Of a DNA stretch of 64,000 nt, positions 13,300 to 26,109 are shown in pieces. Origin of the DNA: Glycera tridactyla (taxonomy: Eukaryota). Where the stretch lies: contig OZ286461.1 of assembly GCA_965644265.1 (NCBI GenBank), positions 99,138,001 to 99,202,000 of the forward strand, written 5' to 3'. The position numbers and the translations under genes were made by a program. The notes below the pieces were generated by a model, which worked only from the letters and a program-made list of their open reading frames with translations, did no database searches and was not told where the DNA came from. The stretch's first letter is position 1. Each line of letters starts with the position of its first letter.

Positions 13300-14284
13300 G
13301 AACTATGACTTCTCGTGGCAACATACTTTCACGATGATACGAAAAGGTTATTCTGGTGGGATTATTTATGATTTCCTGAAAGTGTCTATCGATCGAATAT
13401 CTGGTTACATCAGTGTATGGGCGCGTTTGATGTGGCCCCAATGTGTTATATCACTATGAATGGCCATTGTGGGAGTCAGAAGGTCAGGCCAGTTATATTC
13501 ATCATTATATAGGTAACGCGTAGTTAGTCATTTTAGAGATGTTTTCACTATTCTCCACATATCAAGATGGATATATATAGTGAACTCACTTTCCAAATCT
13601 ATCTGAGTAATCATTCAACATCCCAAACCGTGGGGTCATCAAGTAAACGCATAAAAGCCAAACTGCATTAATTGCTTCTAGCCGCTTCAACCATTGGAAA
13701 AATACTAAGGAAAATCGCCTTACCTCGCTTAAATGCAGGCGTGCTACAGTAGATAAGTACATTGGTCCCATCGAATCCAGACGACATCTGGATTGGCCGC
13801 TTGGTCGCTCGGTCATATGACTGGGATCACTCGAAAGTGTTCTGGAAGGTTTTAAACTAAGATCAATCTTCATGGAATTATTAAACAATCGGGATTTATT
13901 TCATGATTATCCCGATGATGATCTATAGCTATTGAATGTATTCATTGTATATCGATTGATGAGATTGTTGTATGGGATATCACAATACCGAAGATTGGGA
14001 TGCACTGATCCTGATCTGTTGGTGTGTTCCAATGTACCTGAGATATATCAAGGTAGCAATGATACATCAGCCACACATCACATTGAAATCTGATGATAGT
14101 CATTGGTTTGCTGACGATTCTTTGACATTTCAGAGAGTCAATTGTCTTCTGATGTGAAATGCAAAGGGGTATCTCCGGGCCTATGGAAGGATTCTCCAAA
14201 CTTCGTCTGCTTTGCAGATGTTGTCATCTTTTGTTATCAGTGCTGGTGAAGTTGTTTAACTGTTGTCATGATACGAGAGGTAGT

Positions 14285-14318
<34 letters not shown>

Positions 14319-16300
14319 GTGGTGATGGGAACAGTCGTAATATGAGCAGCAGAAACAGTGGTGTTGGTGTCAGAAGTATGGATGCTGGTGGGTGATGTAA
14401 ATGGGAAAATGTCAAAAGCCACATCCGATATTGGACTTCTGGCCTCCTCACATGCGGACTCACTCCAGAATAGAGTCCCTCCTCAGCATTGCATCCCAGT
14501 CTCCTAGAAAAAAAAAGGCTGTTCTTGAAGAATGGTACCGTACTATCAGCAAAGATGACCCATTCAGCAAGAGGTGGCCTCCTCCCTAAATGCAACAAGA
14601 GCACATTCATATAAAACCGCTATTGTTAGCAGTGAGGCCACTGTGAGACATGTGTTCGGATTACACCCTGGGGATGGTTGATGCTCAGGACGGGATCAGC
14701 TGACGGAAATGCGATGTGAGTGATGTCATATCGTATGGCCAGGTCCAACGTCATTCATGAGAAAAGAAAAGTCTCAAATGACAGGATGGATACCGCATAG
14801 CCTGGCTTTTAGTGACCTGAGCTCGTAGGTGGGAAAGATAGGCAATACTTCTATCACCAAATGCCAAATGGGGCTTAGTATTCTGCAGTGAATCTCACAA
14901 AGGGTACAGACTATTAAGTCGGAGTAGGTCGTTGATCTGAGAACACTCGTATCACATGTACTTGATATGACAGTGATCAAAATGACAAGACGTTTCACCC
15001 ACTCTCAAATCTGAGCGTGATGTACCCATACATATGTAGATCACAGTTTGAATGGCTAGTAATGTTGAATGAGCAGCAGTATAAAAAGCAATGTTGCATA
15101 TCCGTTATGTTAATGACAAGATGCATATGATGGCGAAGAATGCAATCGACATCATCTCAAGACTGTATGATGTGGGAGATATATTATCTCATTTGACAGA
15201 GGGTTTTTTGTCCATGTCGTAATGTAATCTGGTTTTCTGTGACTTTCGAAGATTGAAATGTATCTCCCGAATAAAGCTGGCGTTGAATTCAGTTGACATG
15301 ATACCACAGAGAGCGAGTAGTGGCTTTGAGATCCGCTGTCTCTGCCCATTATGGCGGTTGTCACCACAATAGTCAAGGTGACGGGTGAATGTCTATCATC
15401 TCCCACTTCGTGTTGCGCGGATGTTCTCTAGGGAACAAGGTGACACCAGTGGTTGAATTTGACAAGTGGTGCTGCCTTCACATTCGCCTCACCATAATAG
15501 AATAACGTCATCAGACGTCAATCTACATGTTATAGTCTGTTACTTGGTCTGACTGTGTACGCCACCCCCACCCCCCCCCCCCCCCACCCACGCGCATACA
15601 CGAACGCGCGCGTACACCCACGCACACACAGCTCCCAACAGTCAGCCATCAATTCTGCTCCCAATTGCGAACAGTGAGTGAGTATGCTCAACAGGTTCTT
15701 GTCGAATACACACGTGTTGCATCCCACGTTTTCCAAGATCTCTATTATCGGCGTGAAGGTTAACGTAATCATTAGGAGCATCATTCATTCCCCAGTGGGT
15801 CATTCCTGCGTGGGTAGTTACCCCTAACTGATCTTACTCGATAAGATATTCTTATTCTTCCTGGAAACAATACACCGAGAATTTGCATACGCGAGGACCT
15901 AACTGAGAGCAAAAATTCTTACAAGAATAACTCTATTATTCTTCTATCAATCGAAGCCTATCATGGAACTGGTCAGTGGATGATTCCTATATTTCATATT
16001 ATCCTATATTCAGTCTACTTTTAAATGCTTGCTGTAATATCTGGCTATCTGTCTCATCTGTCTGTCAGTCTGTCTGAATGGTGGAAATTCACCAAGGGTA
16101 GATGCTCACTATTCTCGCTCGCTCTCATAACTTGAGCCAGCAGAGAATCGGCTGACCTATTCTAGAACATTCAAATCAGCGTTGTTGAACCCCAAATAGT
16201 ATCAAATGAGCAGCATTGAGTTCCCTCTGGTGTCATTCTCGTTCTTTTTATGTGGCAACAACGTACTGACTGTCCCGTTACAAAGGCTTCTAGACATTCC
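13300..16300 (+). pseudogene. Old LINE ORF2 remnant (copy B), homologous to copy A, with internal insertions
   Basis: 13402-13491 aligns to 6322-6411 and 14713-14808 aligns to 7110-7205; further on NKVTPV (~15433) and LSIEAYHGT (~15945) resemble KxAxVTPI and DLxKAFDTV. Confidence 0.5.
14285..14317. repeat. (AGC)11 microsatellite
   Basis: Direct reading. Confidence 0.95.
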
Positions 16301-16649
16301 TAATCCGGTCAGGCTAGACGAATGGTGACCCGGGCCCACTCACGAAAGGTCATTGGTAGCAAACAACTGCGCTTATTTTCGCTTTTCATTATTTGTTAGT
16401 TGACAGGCACAGCTGCTCGCATCACATTGTGCCACGTGCAGTTCGTTCAAACCCCATCCGCACCATTCTATTCATAGTATGAAATGACATCTCATCTATC
16501 TGTGCATCAATTCGATCCCACCTCCTTTTTTGGCCCTAGACAAACACGAAGAATACTGCACCTGCCGATCACATCTGCATCTAAATTCATTGAATTGGAT
16601 ATTGTGCTGCCCAATCGGGAAACAACGGACGATAAGGATAACGATACTC

Positions 16650-17738
16650 TTATCGCATGAGTTCAACAGTATTTGCACAGGACCAAGAAAAGGTCATATC
16701 ATGTGCTCATGCGACAAATTAGCCAGTGACTCGGATAGACTTGATGTTTTTTTCTGATCAAAGAAGCTTAGCCTCAATCTGTCCAAGTCAAGCTGTATGT
16801 TATTCGGTACCAGGAAAAGACTTGCAACAACTGTGAATCACAAAACTATACTCGGTGAAATACTCGGCCTAAAACAAGAAAATGAGTTCAAATATCTAGG
16901 CATACAGCTCGATGCAAATCCAACTTTCATCCATCACGTCAAGAAATTAAAGCAAACCCTGCGAGCCCGAACGGCGCAACTTCGAAGGAATCGAAGACTC
17001 CTAACACTCACCAGTGCTTGCCAACTGGGATGGTCCGTCATTCTATCCCAGGTAAATTATGGAAGCACTATCTACGGACGAGCAAGTGATAGTATTCTTA
17101 AGAGCCTTGATAACTCTTTCTGAGACTTACTTCGTACCATTGCCATGTCTGACTTTAGTGTATCGGACAAAGATTTGATGAGAACCTGTAAACTGAATTC
17201 CCTGTATCAGTGTCGTGAACGTCAGCTCCTCATGGAAATATTCAAAATTCGACACAACGACACATCTAGCAGACTGCGGACACTGGCTGAGAATTACATA
17301 CCTGAATTAAGACCAGACTCACGGCAAACAAGGTTTCTCTCACGTGGGAACATGGTGGAACCCAGACATAACACTGACACCAGTAAGCGATCTTTCCTTA
17401 CTAGAGCGATCAAAGCGTGGAATTCTCGGCCAGATTGCTTAAAAAACGCAACCTCTGTAAAGACATATGATCCTATATCCCAGGAAGCAGGCCTGTGGGT
17501 GTCAGATGTATACAGTTATATCGACTTACTTATTTTTCTATCTACCTATTCACCATCAAGCTGATTAGATGAATTGTCGTAAATAGTATGAGTCCTAAGA
17601 ATCTGAATTTTGTCATGATATATGTAAAGCATGTCTATTTCTATTCATATTAGAGAAGGGAGTATTTTGGTATGATTAATTGTCAGTCGATTACGAGAAC
17701 GGATCTCGAACGCGTTTAATATATGTGCACCACTGTTG
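16650..17738 (+). mobile_element. LINE ORF2 C-terminal half and 3'UTR, interrupted at 17738 by a DNA transposon
   Basis: KKLSLNLSKSSCMLFGTRKRL...EFKYLGIQLDANPTFIHHV...ILSQVNYGSTIYG...SFLTRAIKAWNSRP (ORFs 16797-17123 and 17145-17564, linked by a TGA). Confidence 0.85.
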
Positions 17739-19953
17739 TAGTCTGCGGGCCAATTCTCAAAAGAGGCTTAAAAACCACTTTTCATAGGACCGGAAGGGAA
17801 ATTAGGTTTCTCTGCTTAATTTCGTAGATTGAAGTATAACAAACAGATTTAGACAGGGGTACCTCTTCAAAAATTGTCTGAAAGAGGATTTTAGACTAAA
17901 ACTCAAAATGGCCGCCATAAGCCAATTCATGGAAATTCAGATTCTGTAGGACCGGAAAAGAAATTGGGTTTCTCTGCTTAATTTCATGGATTGAAGTATA
18001 AGAAACAAATTTAGACAGGGGTACCTCTTCAAAAAGTGTCCAAAAGTGGATTTTAGACCAAAATTCAAAATGGCCGCCATAAGCCATTTCATGAAAATCG
18101 AGAATCCATCAGACCGGAAAAAAAAATTGGGTCTCTGCTCACTTTCATGGATTGATGTATAACAAGCATATTCAGACAGGGGCACCTTGCCAAATTGTCC
18201 AAAAGAGGATTTTAGGCCGAAAAACAAGATGGCCACCAAAATTTTTGGGGAAAAAGACGATCCATGGTTTGTCTCTCACGCTTTGCAATCATGGTCCAAT
18301 CAATGTTACAAATTGTATGCTGATATAAACTGAACTTCATACCAACCCAAGCTCTCCTGAAGAATCAAATTCACCATGTATATATGGTAACCACAAAATG
18401 AAATATGTGACAATCTAGAAAACAGGCATAATTGTGCACTTCCCAATATATAATCAACTGCCATTTCCTAACCATCAAAGATATCCACTTCCCTTGTCCA
18501 CTGGAGAACCCCAAACTGTCATGGATATCGATTGCTTCTAAACCTAAAGTGGTGTTCTAGTACAATGCCAAAGCATTAATGAATACAAATTTCTCAAAGT
18601 CACCCCTTTCTAAGATGTCCAGTGATACTTCAAAATCAAGAAAATGTTACTCAAAAGACCATGTCTTTGAAGATCATTGAGACAGTATTAGCCAGTAATA
18701 TTTTCCGGGTGGAAGTGAAGGGATTATTGTATGCCATGAATGCTGTGAATGTGAGGTACACTGATGCTTGATTAAAAAAAATTCTTCTGGAATACTAACA
18801 TGGAATCTGGAAGAGTAATAATTTGATATTTCAATGGTCCAGGGTCTTGGTAATTGAAATTAATCAGAATTTGAGGACTTGACATGAATTTCTGAATAGG
18901 TATGCATGGATTTGGAATATGGATTGTTTAATAGATGTATATAGATGTTCTCAAGCCTCAATTTACTTTTTATTTCATGAAAATCAGAAGAGTATCGAGG
19001 AAGATATTGAAACTTTTGTGCAAAAGGGTTGGTCTGGTTTGATGGAAGCAGATGTACATGTAGTGGTTTTGTGCCTGATCATGAGATTTGCGATTAGAAC
19101 ATATTAATCAGAAAACTACAGGCTGCTTTCTTCATTTGACCTTCAGTATAAGTTGCTAGCTTGTCATACACACCTTGGTCTATCACTTTTATTACTTCCC
19201 TATGTATATAAACTCAGTCTGCATGGGAACTCAATTGAGTGAGGAGCAAAACAGCATTTTAGTGTAACTTGGACTATAACATACTGTCTGGCCACCCTTT
19301 TAGACTGTTTTGTTATAATATTTTCCTATCCAACACTTCCCAATCCAAACAAATAGGTGGTGAAATGTCCATTTGCTCACAGTTTGTGTATCATATTGCC
19401 AAAAAGGCTTTTCTGCCAGCTATAAAAGTCTGGATATCATGTCCCATTCTAGTCACATTTTGATTCGACTTTATGTGGTTACCATGGCAACCATGGTGAA
19501 TTTGACTCTTCATGAGGTCTTTTGTGAGTATAGGGTACAGTTTATATCAGCATATGAGTTCTAATATTGATTGGGCCATGATTGCAATGCATCGGGAATA
19601 ATGATTGAATTTTGAATGAAAATTCTAAATTTTGGTGGTAATCTTGTTTTTATTGCCTAAAGTCCACTTTTGAAAGAGGTACCCTCATCTAAATTTGTTT
19701 GTTGTACATTACTCTATGAAATTAAGCAGAGAAACCCAATTCTTTGTTTGGTCTTATGGAATCTGGTCTTTTATGAATTGGCCCATGGCGGCCATTTTGA
19801 ATTTGGTCTAAAATCGATTTTCTTATGCTTTTTGAAGAGGTTCCCCTGTCTAAATTTGTTTGTTATACTTCAATCTATGAAATTAAGCAGAGAAACCTAA
19901 TTTCTTTTCCGGTCCTACGGAATCTGGATTTTCATGAATTGGCCCGCGGACTA
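17739..19953. mobile_element. Non-autonomous DNA transposon (2215 bp) with compound TIRs; TAG..CTA termini, 3-bp TTG TSD; Academ-like (tentative)
   Basis: Left end TAGTCTGCGGGCCAATT, right end AATTGGCCCGCGGACTA (16/17 inverted match); TTG at 17736-38 and 19954-56; ~162-bp subterminal repeats, about 3 on the left (17787, 17949, 18111) and about 2 inverted on the right; no transposase ORF inside. Confidence 0.8.
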
Positions 19954-19956
19954 TTG

Positions 19957-20009
19957 TCAGAGAATGCTAAATAAATATGTGTTATCTGTTATCTGTTATC
20001 TGTTATCTG
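19957..20009 (+). mobile_element. Displaced 3' terminus of the 16650-17738 LINE
   Basis: AATAAA at 19970-19975 followed by (GTTATCT)4 at 19981-20008, immediately after the transposon's right TSD. Confidence 0.7.
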
Positions 20010-20527
20010 AACAAACATTAAATGACACATGTAAGTATTACACACTTTTTTCGAATAATATTTCCGTGAACTGTCCAAACAATATATTTACAATATAAAA
20101 TTAAATCATTATCAATTAATATTTTCGTGAAGAGTACAAACAATAGTTATTCGTCATTTTAATATGTAGTCCCCTGTGTAGCATTTTTTCTCGCCAAAAG
20201 CTTGTACCATGACTCTTTATGGTGTTACATATTACCTTGGAAATGGTGTGTTGAAACAAAGCAAGATTTATTATGTGTTGGCGTCTGCTGGGCAATTTCA
20301 CCCCAATTCGCCAGTCGAGTAGGAGTCAATGAACTCATTTGGCTTGTAATAGCATTCTTCATGAAAAATGCATGAACGCCACGCGGGAGCAATTTTGGCA
20401 CAGTCACCTTTTTTCCACATAGTCATTCCATTATTTGCAAAGTTGTCATTTGGATGGGTCACACAAACTCACAGAAATAGAGTTTCAACCTAGGTCTTGA
20501 CCATATCACAGATATCCATGATATGTA

Positions 20528-20674
20528 CAGTAAAAGCTGCTATAGTGTAATCCTGTCCACGGTGAAATCCTGTCTACAGTGAAAAGAAAAAATTGACCTG
20601 TATATAGGGAAATCCAGTTCACAGTAAAAAGAAAAATCTGGCCCGTGACTTTTCACTATAGACAGGTTTTACTG
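20528..20674. mobile_element. MITE, 147 bp, Tc1/mariner-pogo type
   Basis: TA|CAGTAAAAGCTGCTATAGTG ... CACTATAGACAGGTTTTACTG|TA: imperfect ~20-bp TIRs with TA target duplication. Confidence 0.75.
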
Positions 20675-21799
20675 TACCTAGCACACACGGACAAAGTCGG
20701 TAAGCAGGTAATTGTGTCAATGATTTCCCTCCTCACATAGAAGCAGATAGGTGTGGAGTTGATGGAGTGTAACCTCCATCATTCACCAATCAATCCGAAC
20801 CAAGTCTGGATGAGTAAAAAAAATAAAATTTAAAAAAAGATAAAGAAACAAAAGAGTGCAGCTGATGGTGGTTCTCGACATATAAGCAGTTGACTCTCCG
20901 TATAGGGTTTCTGATTACCAAGAAGGAAAGAAAAGGCTTGAGTTTGAGTGAACCTGAACCACGACATTTGAAGATGAACTCCTGCCTATTGCTCACTAAC
21001 TGAGAGAATGAACGTCATTGCTCAGTCGAGTGAATCAGAAATAATTGATTCCATCTCAGATTCGGTTTTGTATATCGTTCGATAATAACCGATCGATACA
21101 CACGATTCCCAGTGGGAGAATATCTGATAGGAGTCCATTAAATATTTTCGTACGCAAGGCTGAGTCTGTAATGGTGATAGCCAGATAATCAGATGCTGGT
21201 GAACTTCACGAATAACACTGCAGCATATTTATAAGACATCCATGTTAGATATGGAGATTGCACTGAACTAGCGTCCTTGCGAGTGATGGACAAACACATT
21301 CCTGTCATATTACCCATTCCGATCGAGATATGATGGTGTAGACTGGGAAGACCCGTGAGGAACTGATACCATCATCATACAATCTAGCTTGGCAATGTAT
21401 CCTCAATGTGATATCACGATCGGTTGCTGAGAATGGGCACCGACACTCCAATGCCAGTTATGCAGCAGCCCAATCTAGCACCTGCAATGTCCAAGTACAG
21501 ATAAATGTCAACCCTACATTCATTACAATTCGCATTGCCTTCGGATGTATCATATTAGCTCATTGTTTATTTTATACTGAAATACTCATTTTCAAACAAA
21601 AAACATAAAATTAGTTGCAATAGACAACCCTCTCCAATAGATCGTTTCTTAAAGATACAAGGGGTTAGAGGAAACAGCACATCGAACTGAATTTGTATGA
21701 AAATAGCTTTATCTTGATGAATGATAAATGCCAGCTGAATATTCTACATGATGTGAGCTGTGATCGGGGAAGGTTGCATATTGAGATGTGTGACTCGAT

Positions 21800-22650
21800 T
21801 ATCACCTCTGGTTGAGGGGGGCACGCCGTGTTAAATGAGTCCTAATCTCATAGGAGCGTGGTACCCTATAAGGCTCATCATAGCACAGATCTGATTGCGG
21901 ATTGAGCATGGACCTAACATAGGCAGCAAATCACCCTCTTCGATCAATGTGCCACCTTGACCTGAATCGCTCATATTTTCCCGCTTTCACCACATCAATA
22001 CTTTTGATTGGTTCGATGCTATACTGACAATCACTGAGAAATTCTACTGAATGATCATGTAGATTTTCTTGGACCAGACAGCATCGAGGACGCTTCTTCA
22101 TATTCCTGTCTCGTCACTTCATTTTGCCGAATGCCCCCGAGATGGAATTTATTCGAGTTGGATTTAAAAGACTTCGTACACAGTTAATCATGACTCTGAA
22201 TATAAAAGATAGGTGTTCAGATACAAGTAAGTCCTGCTGCCACTGGAGATCGAACATAATCACCAAGGTGTACAGAGGGGAGAATTGAAAGGCTGCATGT
22301 CATTAGAATTCGGCCTGAATAATTGAATGAGTTCTGGTCCTCAGAAACATATTCGAGTATGTATGTCCATTAGATGGAAGCCGTCTGGAAATTATCGCTT
22401 GATTGGGGCGGCTGCATCGATGTTGTAGCAACATTGTAACGAAATAGCCATGTGTTTGCTGAGCCGACATCGATTTGGAGCCTGTCAAACTGCTCCCATA
22501 AATGGATAGTCGATAGACGAACGGCAGGCATGCTTGTCCGGGTCCATTGGGACATAATTCTCATTGGCGCCCATTGAGCCGATCGACATGAAGAATGAGA
22601 ACCTTTTCTCTGATATCGACACAACCACAAAGCCGAATCAGCTTCTCCCT
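21800..22650 (-). pseudogene. Degenerate LINE RT remnant
   Basis: SDNFQTASI (NYRPISL-like), IQAEF (QxGF-like), LPMLGP (SILGP-like) in mixed frames with many stops. Confidence 0.4.
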
Positions 22651-23099
22651 AATGTATAGGATATCAAAGACATTGCTTTTATTCCTTGTCATCAGTCAAC
22701 TCAGAGGAGTGGCCATATTAGAAATATATCGGGTCGCATTGATTACAGAAACCCTAACACGGAAAAATATATAAAAAATTAAGCATCACCAGAAAAATCT
22801 AGTCTGTGAGAAAGGTAGCAAAGTGAAATATGGAACAGCACATATAATGCGGCTTTAAGGATGAGGAAAGATCTGTTCAATAGTGCATATAATATCCACA
22901 TGATTGGCAGAAGGTGGACCGAGGAATACTTGACATACAGTCCACTCTGTCCAGAGAGATAGCATTAGGTTGGGTAAGAAAGTGACATCTTTGGAAGGCC
23001 GCCTTCATAGAAAATTGTAGAGGCAGATGGTCTTTCGAACATCTTAGACGATCTCAATTATGACCATGCCCAATATAGTTTCTCCTATTAACATGATGG

Positions 23100-23950
23100 A
23101 TACTTCGCTTGTTGTGCATGAACTCAATTGTTCAAGATGCATCTGTGATTGTCGGTGTGCCAAATGTCAAGTGTCAGGTATTTCATTTCGTGAGATTGCA
23201 GTCCCAATGTCATCTTGGAAGTGGCTGAGTGATTGCTTAATATGAGTTCACCAGGCAATACAATGATGATGAGGCACACAGCTACTCCCATATGCATCGC
23301 GCACATCGGATATACACAGACATCATCGAACAAAAAATGACAAATATATAAGATAGCTCATTTCACAGTGGGTGGCAGAAAGGACAGATATGATCCACAC
23401 TTCTGGCTTCGAATTAAAAATTAAAAAGAATCGACCAAATGTAGCGAATGAATGCATTAATGATTAATCCAGATACACACTGATTCAATGTGCTGCAAAC
23501 TGAGGTGGCCTTGGTCGACATTTTCATAAAACTAGTCAGTCGGTATGTGCTGTCAAAGTGGATAAGCACTTGATGAATCATCACATTGTGGTGATATCAT
23601 CGGTGTCTAGAAAATGTGACATGTTGAAAGTGTACACATCAGACTACTGATCTGGTTGAGCAGACACTATTCAGCAGCCAGTGTCTGCGTGTTTGCATGT
23701 AGCTGAAAAGTACACACTGGTCTTTCCGACATACCACCTTGACACATGGTCTGTATATGGTCGTAGACGAAGTCAAGGCCGTGAATGCTGAGCTGCTCTC
23801 CATTGAGTGGTCCCACCTAGTTGAGATGCATTGGCACTTATGAGTTTGAGTTCCAGCTCTCGGTACAATGACATTGTGTCTCATTGGAACTTTCAACATT
23901 ATTCTCATCAAGATCGGTATCTTTGACATATGATCACCACTGTCTATATC
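23100..23950 (-). pseudogene. Degenerate LINE APE remnant
   Basis: TTIYRPC (IYRPP-like) in ORF 23639-23929; otherwise broken. Confidence 0.3.
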
Positions 23951-25019
23951 TCATGTGATCGTTATGATGAAGACAGCAGCGACTTCATGGATTGACACCT
24001 TTCGACTACCTAGGATGCTCTCAGTAACCTACGCATATTCATGGAAAGACTTTTGCGGAATGTTGTGCCTACATTATCTAGCAATCTAAATTTTGTAATG
24101 TTCTTAAGATTACCTACGTTCGAGGATGATAGCCAAAGGTCATAGCAAAGTCAGTTGTGAAATATCGAGCTGTGTCTTAGGCAGAACATTTCAATCAATA
24201 TCTATTTCGTTGTTATCTGACCTTCATCAGCTGTGCGACCGAGCACGCCGCCATGACTTACAATATAGTCTCGAGAGGGTCAGGTAGCAAATTGGATGAT
24301 ATAGCAGCACGACCGAGTTCCACTGACTCAATATAGTGGCAGGTATGAGTGTGGAACTCTTGGAGCCCCTTCCGGAAACAAGAGGCATTGCTCCCTCCTG
24401 AAGTGTGTCGAGGAACCCTTGCACTCCGCTTCCCTAATCATCAAAAGTATGAATACACCATTGCTCATAGACAGCGAAGGTGAAACTGATGTGATCGACC
24501 ACATAACTCCGGGTTTTCACTCTAGTTGTAAACCAATGGATGAGTTATAAACATCTAACACTGTATGTAAATAGGTATTGAGAGGAATGGTCTTATCTGC
24601 TACACAGATATCACCATTCTAGCTCTGTTTTTACTCTGACATGCTTTCACTGGATACCACAATCGCGATGATCAAAAAAGACATTGCCAATGGAAACGCA
24701 AAATCATTCGTCATCACTAAGATATGGAGCTAGCCTAGGTGAAAATTACAAATTCAACGAACATGCTGGCCTGCATCCAAATTTAATTTTGCATATTTCA
24801 TCATTTTGTTCGATAGATCTGTTGGAATTTGGCAAATTTTCAGTGTTTAGAGAGTTCGGGTCTAGACACGCATCAACATGCAATCTCGTCTAGCACCTGG
24901 CATCACATCTCGTCTTCGTCAGCTTCATCACGACGTATAACGAGCACTGCAGATTCACAATACATCACTCGTTCTTAACAAGTGACATATCAACCAATGA
25001 CACTGGCAATTCTCTACAC

Positions 25020-25480
25020 ACTTGTGTAACTGTGCTTATATTGATCTCTCAGAACAAAGCATCACTTTTCCACTCATGTGCATAACGACAGAGGCCAAAT
25101 TTTGTACAAAGGTGGCAGATGTCAATGATGCATGTAAGCTCCATTCTCTGATGGTTGGATGCTACTCTAACCCACCTATACTTGGCTTCTTCACTCCAGC
25201 TATGGTAATTGACCCAAATTCGGCATCTTCCAAGAGCTATATCAAAGACTTTTCAATATCTAGATTATTGACTGAATCCAACTCGATCTCAGTCAGGTAT
25301 ACTTCGGTAAATACACGTATCTCCACTTCCCTTCTGTCGAGAGTCTATTATATCCCTACACTCGACCTGTTTTCAATATATTTCCTGAGTCTGGTACCTA
25401 CATATGGGTCTTCTCAGTATCTGTTCTGTGCCTACACTCGCCCAATCACTATTTAAAGACCGAGTTCGGAGTTTCTCTGG
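25020..25480 (-). pseudogene. Degenerate LINE APE remnant
   Basis: Minus strand DSRQKGSGDTCIYRS (DRxxKxGGGVxIY-like) followed by LDIEKSLI...ITIAGVKKP (DLExIWIE...IGxxYRPP-like). Confidence 0.4.
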
Positions 25481-26109
25481 GCACCACGTTGATGACTGTA
25501 TGATGTGACTTTTATTGAATTTTTAGGTGTTCTGGATAAAACTGACTTAATACGGAGGGATGGTCACTAGATATATATTCATTTTGAACGAAACCGCCAT
25601 TCCGAGTCTTACCAGAGAACGTATTTGTCACGTCATTGCAAATGTATATCACTAGGTATACATATAGAAACAAATGAAAAAGTGATAAGAAAAAAAGATG
25701 AAAAGATAAAGTGGACAATCAGTTGATCAAATACACATACAAGAAACACCTGAAGATAGAAGAGTAGAGACGGCACAGTCCTGGTATTCCTGCAGACGGA
25801 GATATTCATTTTCATTCTTTCTTCCACATCTAGTGAATTATATGCATCACCATGTGTAGCATGGATGTCAGTAGCGATTCACCGGCTGTGAATAGTGCTG
25901 AGGTGGGATGAACCGGATATCATGCTACCCTGCAATGACTGGACAGAAGAAGACGAGTGCGGGCATTGCATTGGGTATGAGCAGGAGCAGCAGGTATCAG
26001 AAATGATCATCTTAGATTCTTATTGCTACCCTTTATTACCGCCGGTATAGTTCTGCGAATCAGACCATCCGGAAATGACAGAAACCCGATCTTATATACA
26101 GGGCTACTG

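Noticed and set aside
14237-14422. Thr/Ala-rich mucin-like ORF on the minus strand (also ~6400-6500)
   Set aside because: Driven by (AGC)n and low-complexity sequence; flanked by stops; no splice support.
16380-16465. tRNA-like 3' end (GTTCAAACCCCATCCGCACCA)
   Set aside because: No complementary 5' acceptor strand, D-arm or A-box at the expected distance.
17896-19900. Similar short ORFs at 17896, 17937 and 19670 (YGGHFEF...)
   Set aside because: They are translations of the 162-bp TIR modules, not a gene family.
20110-20460. Cys/Trp-containing minus-strand reading (KKGDCAKIAPAWRSC...) with a GT donor-like site
   Set aside because: An overlapping frame (VKLPSRRQHIINLALFQHTI) fits the LINE WNxLP..SLxxFK C-terminus; probably another remnant.
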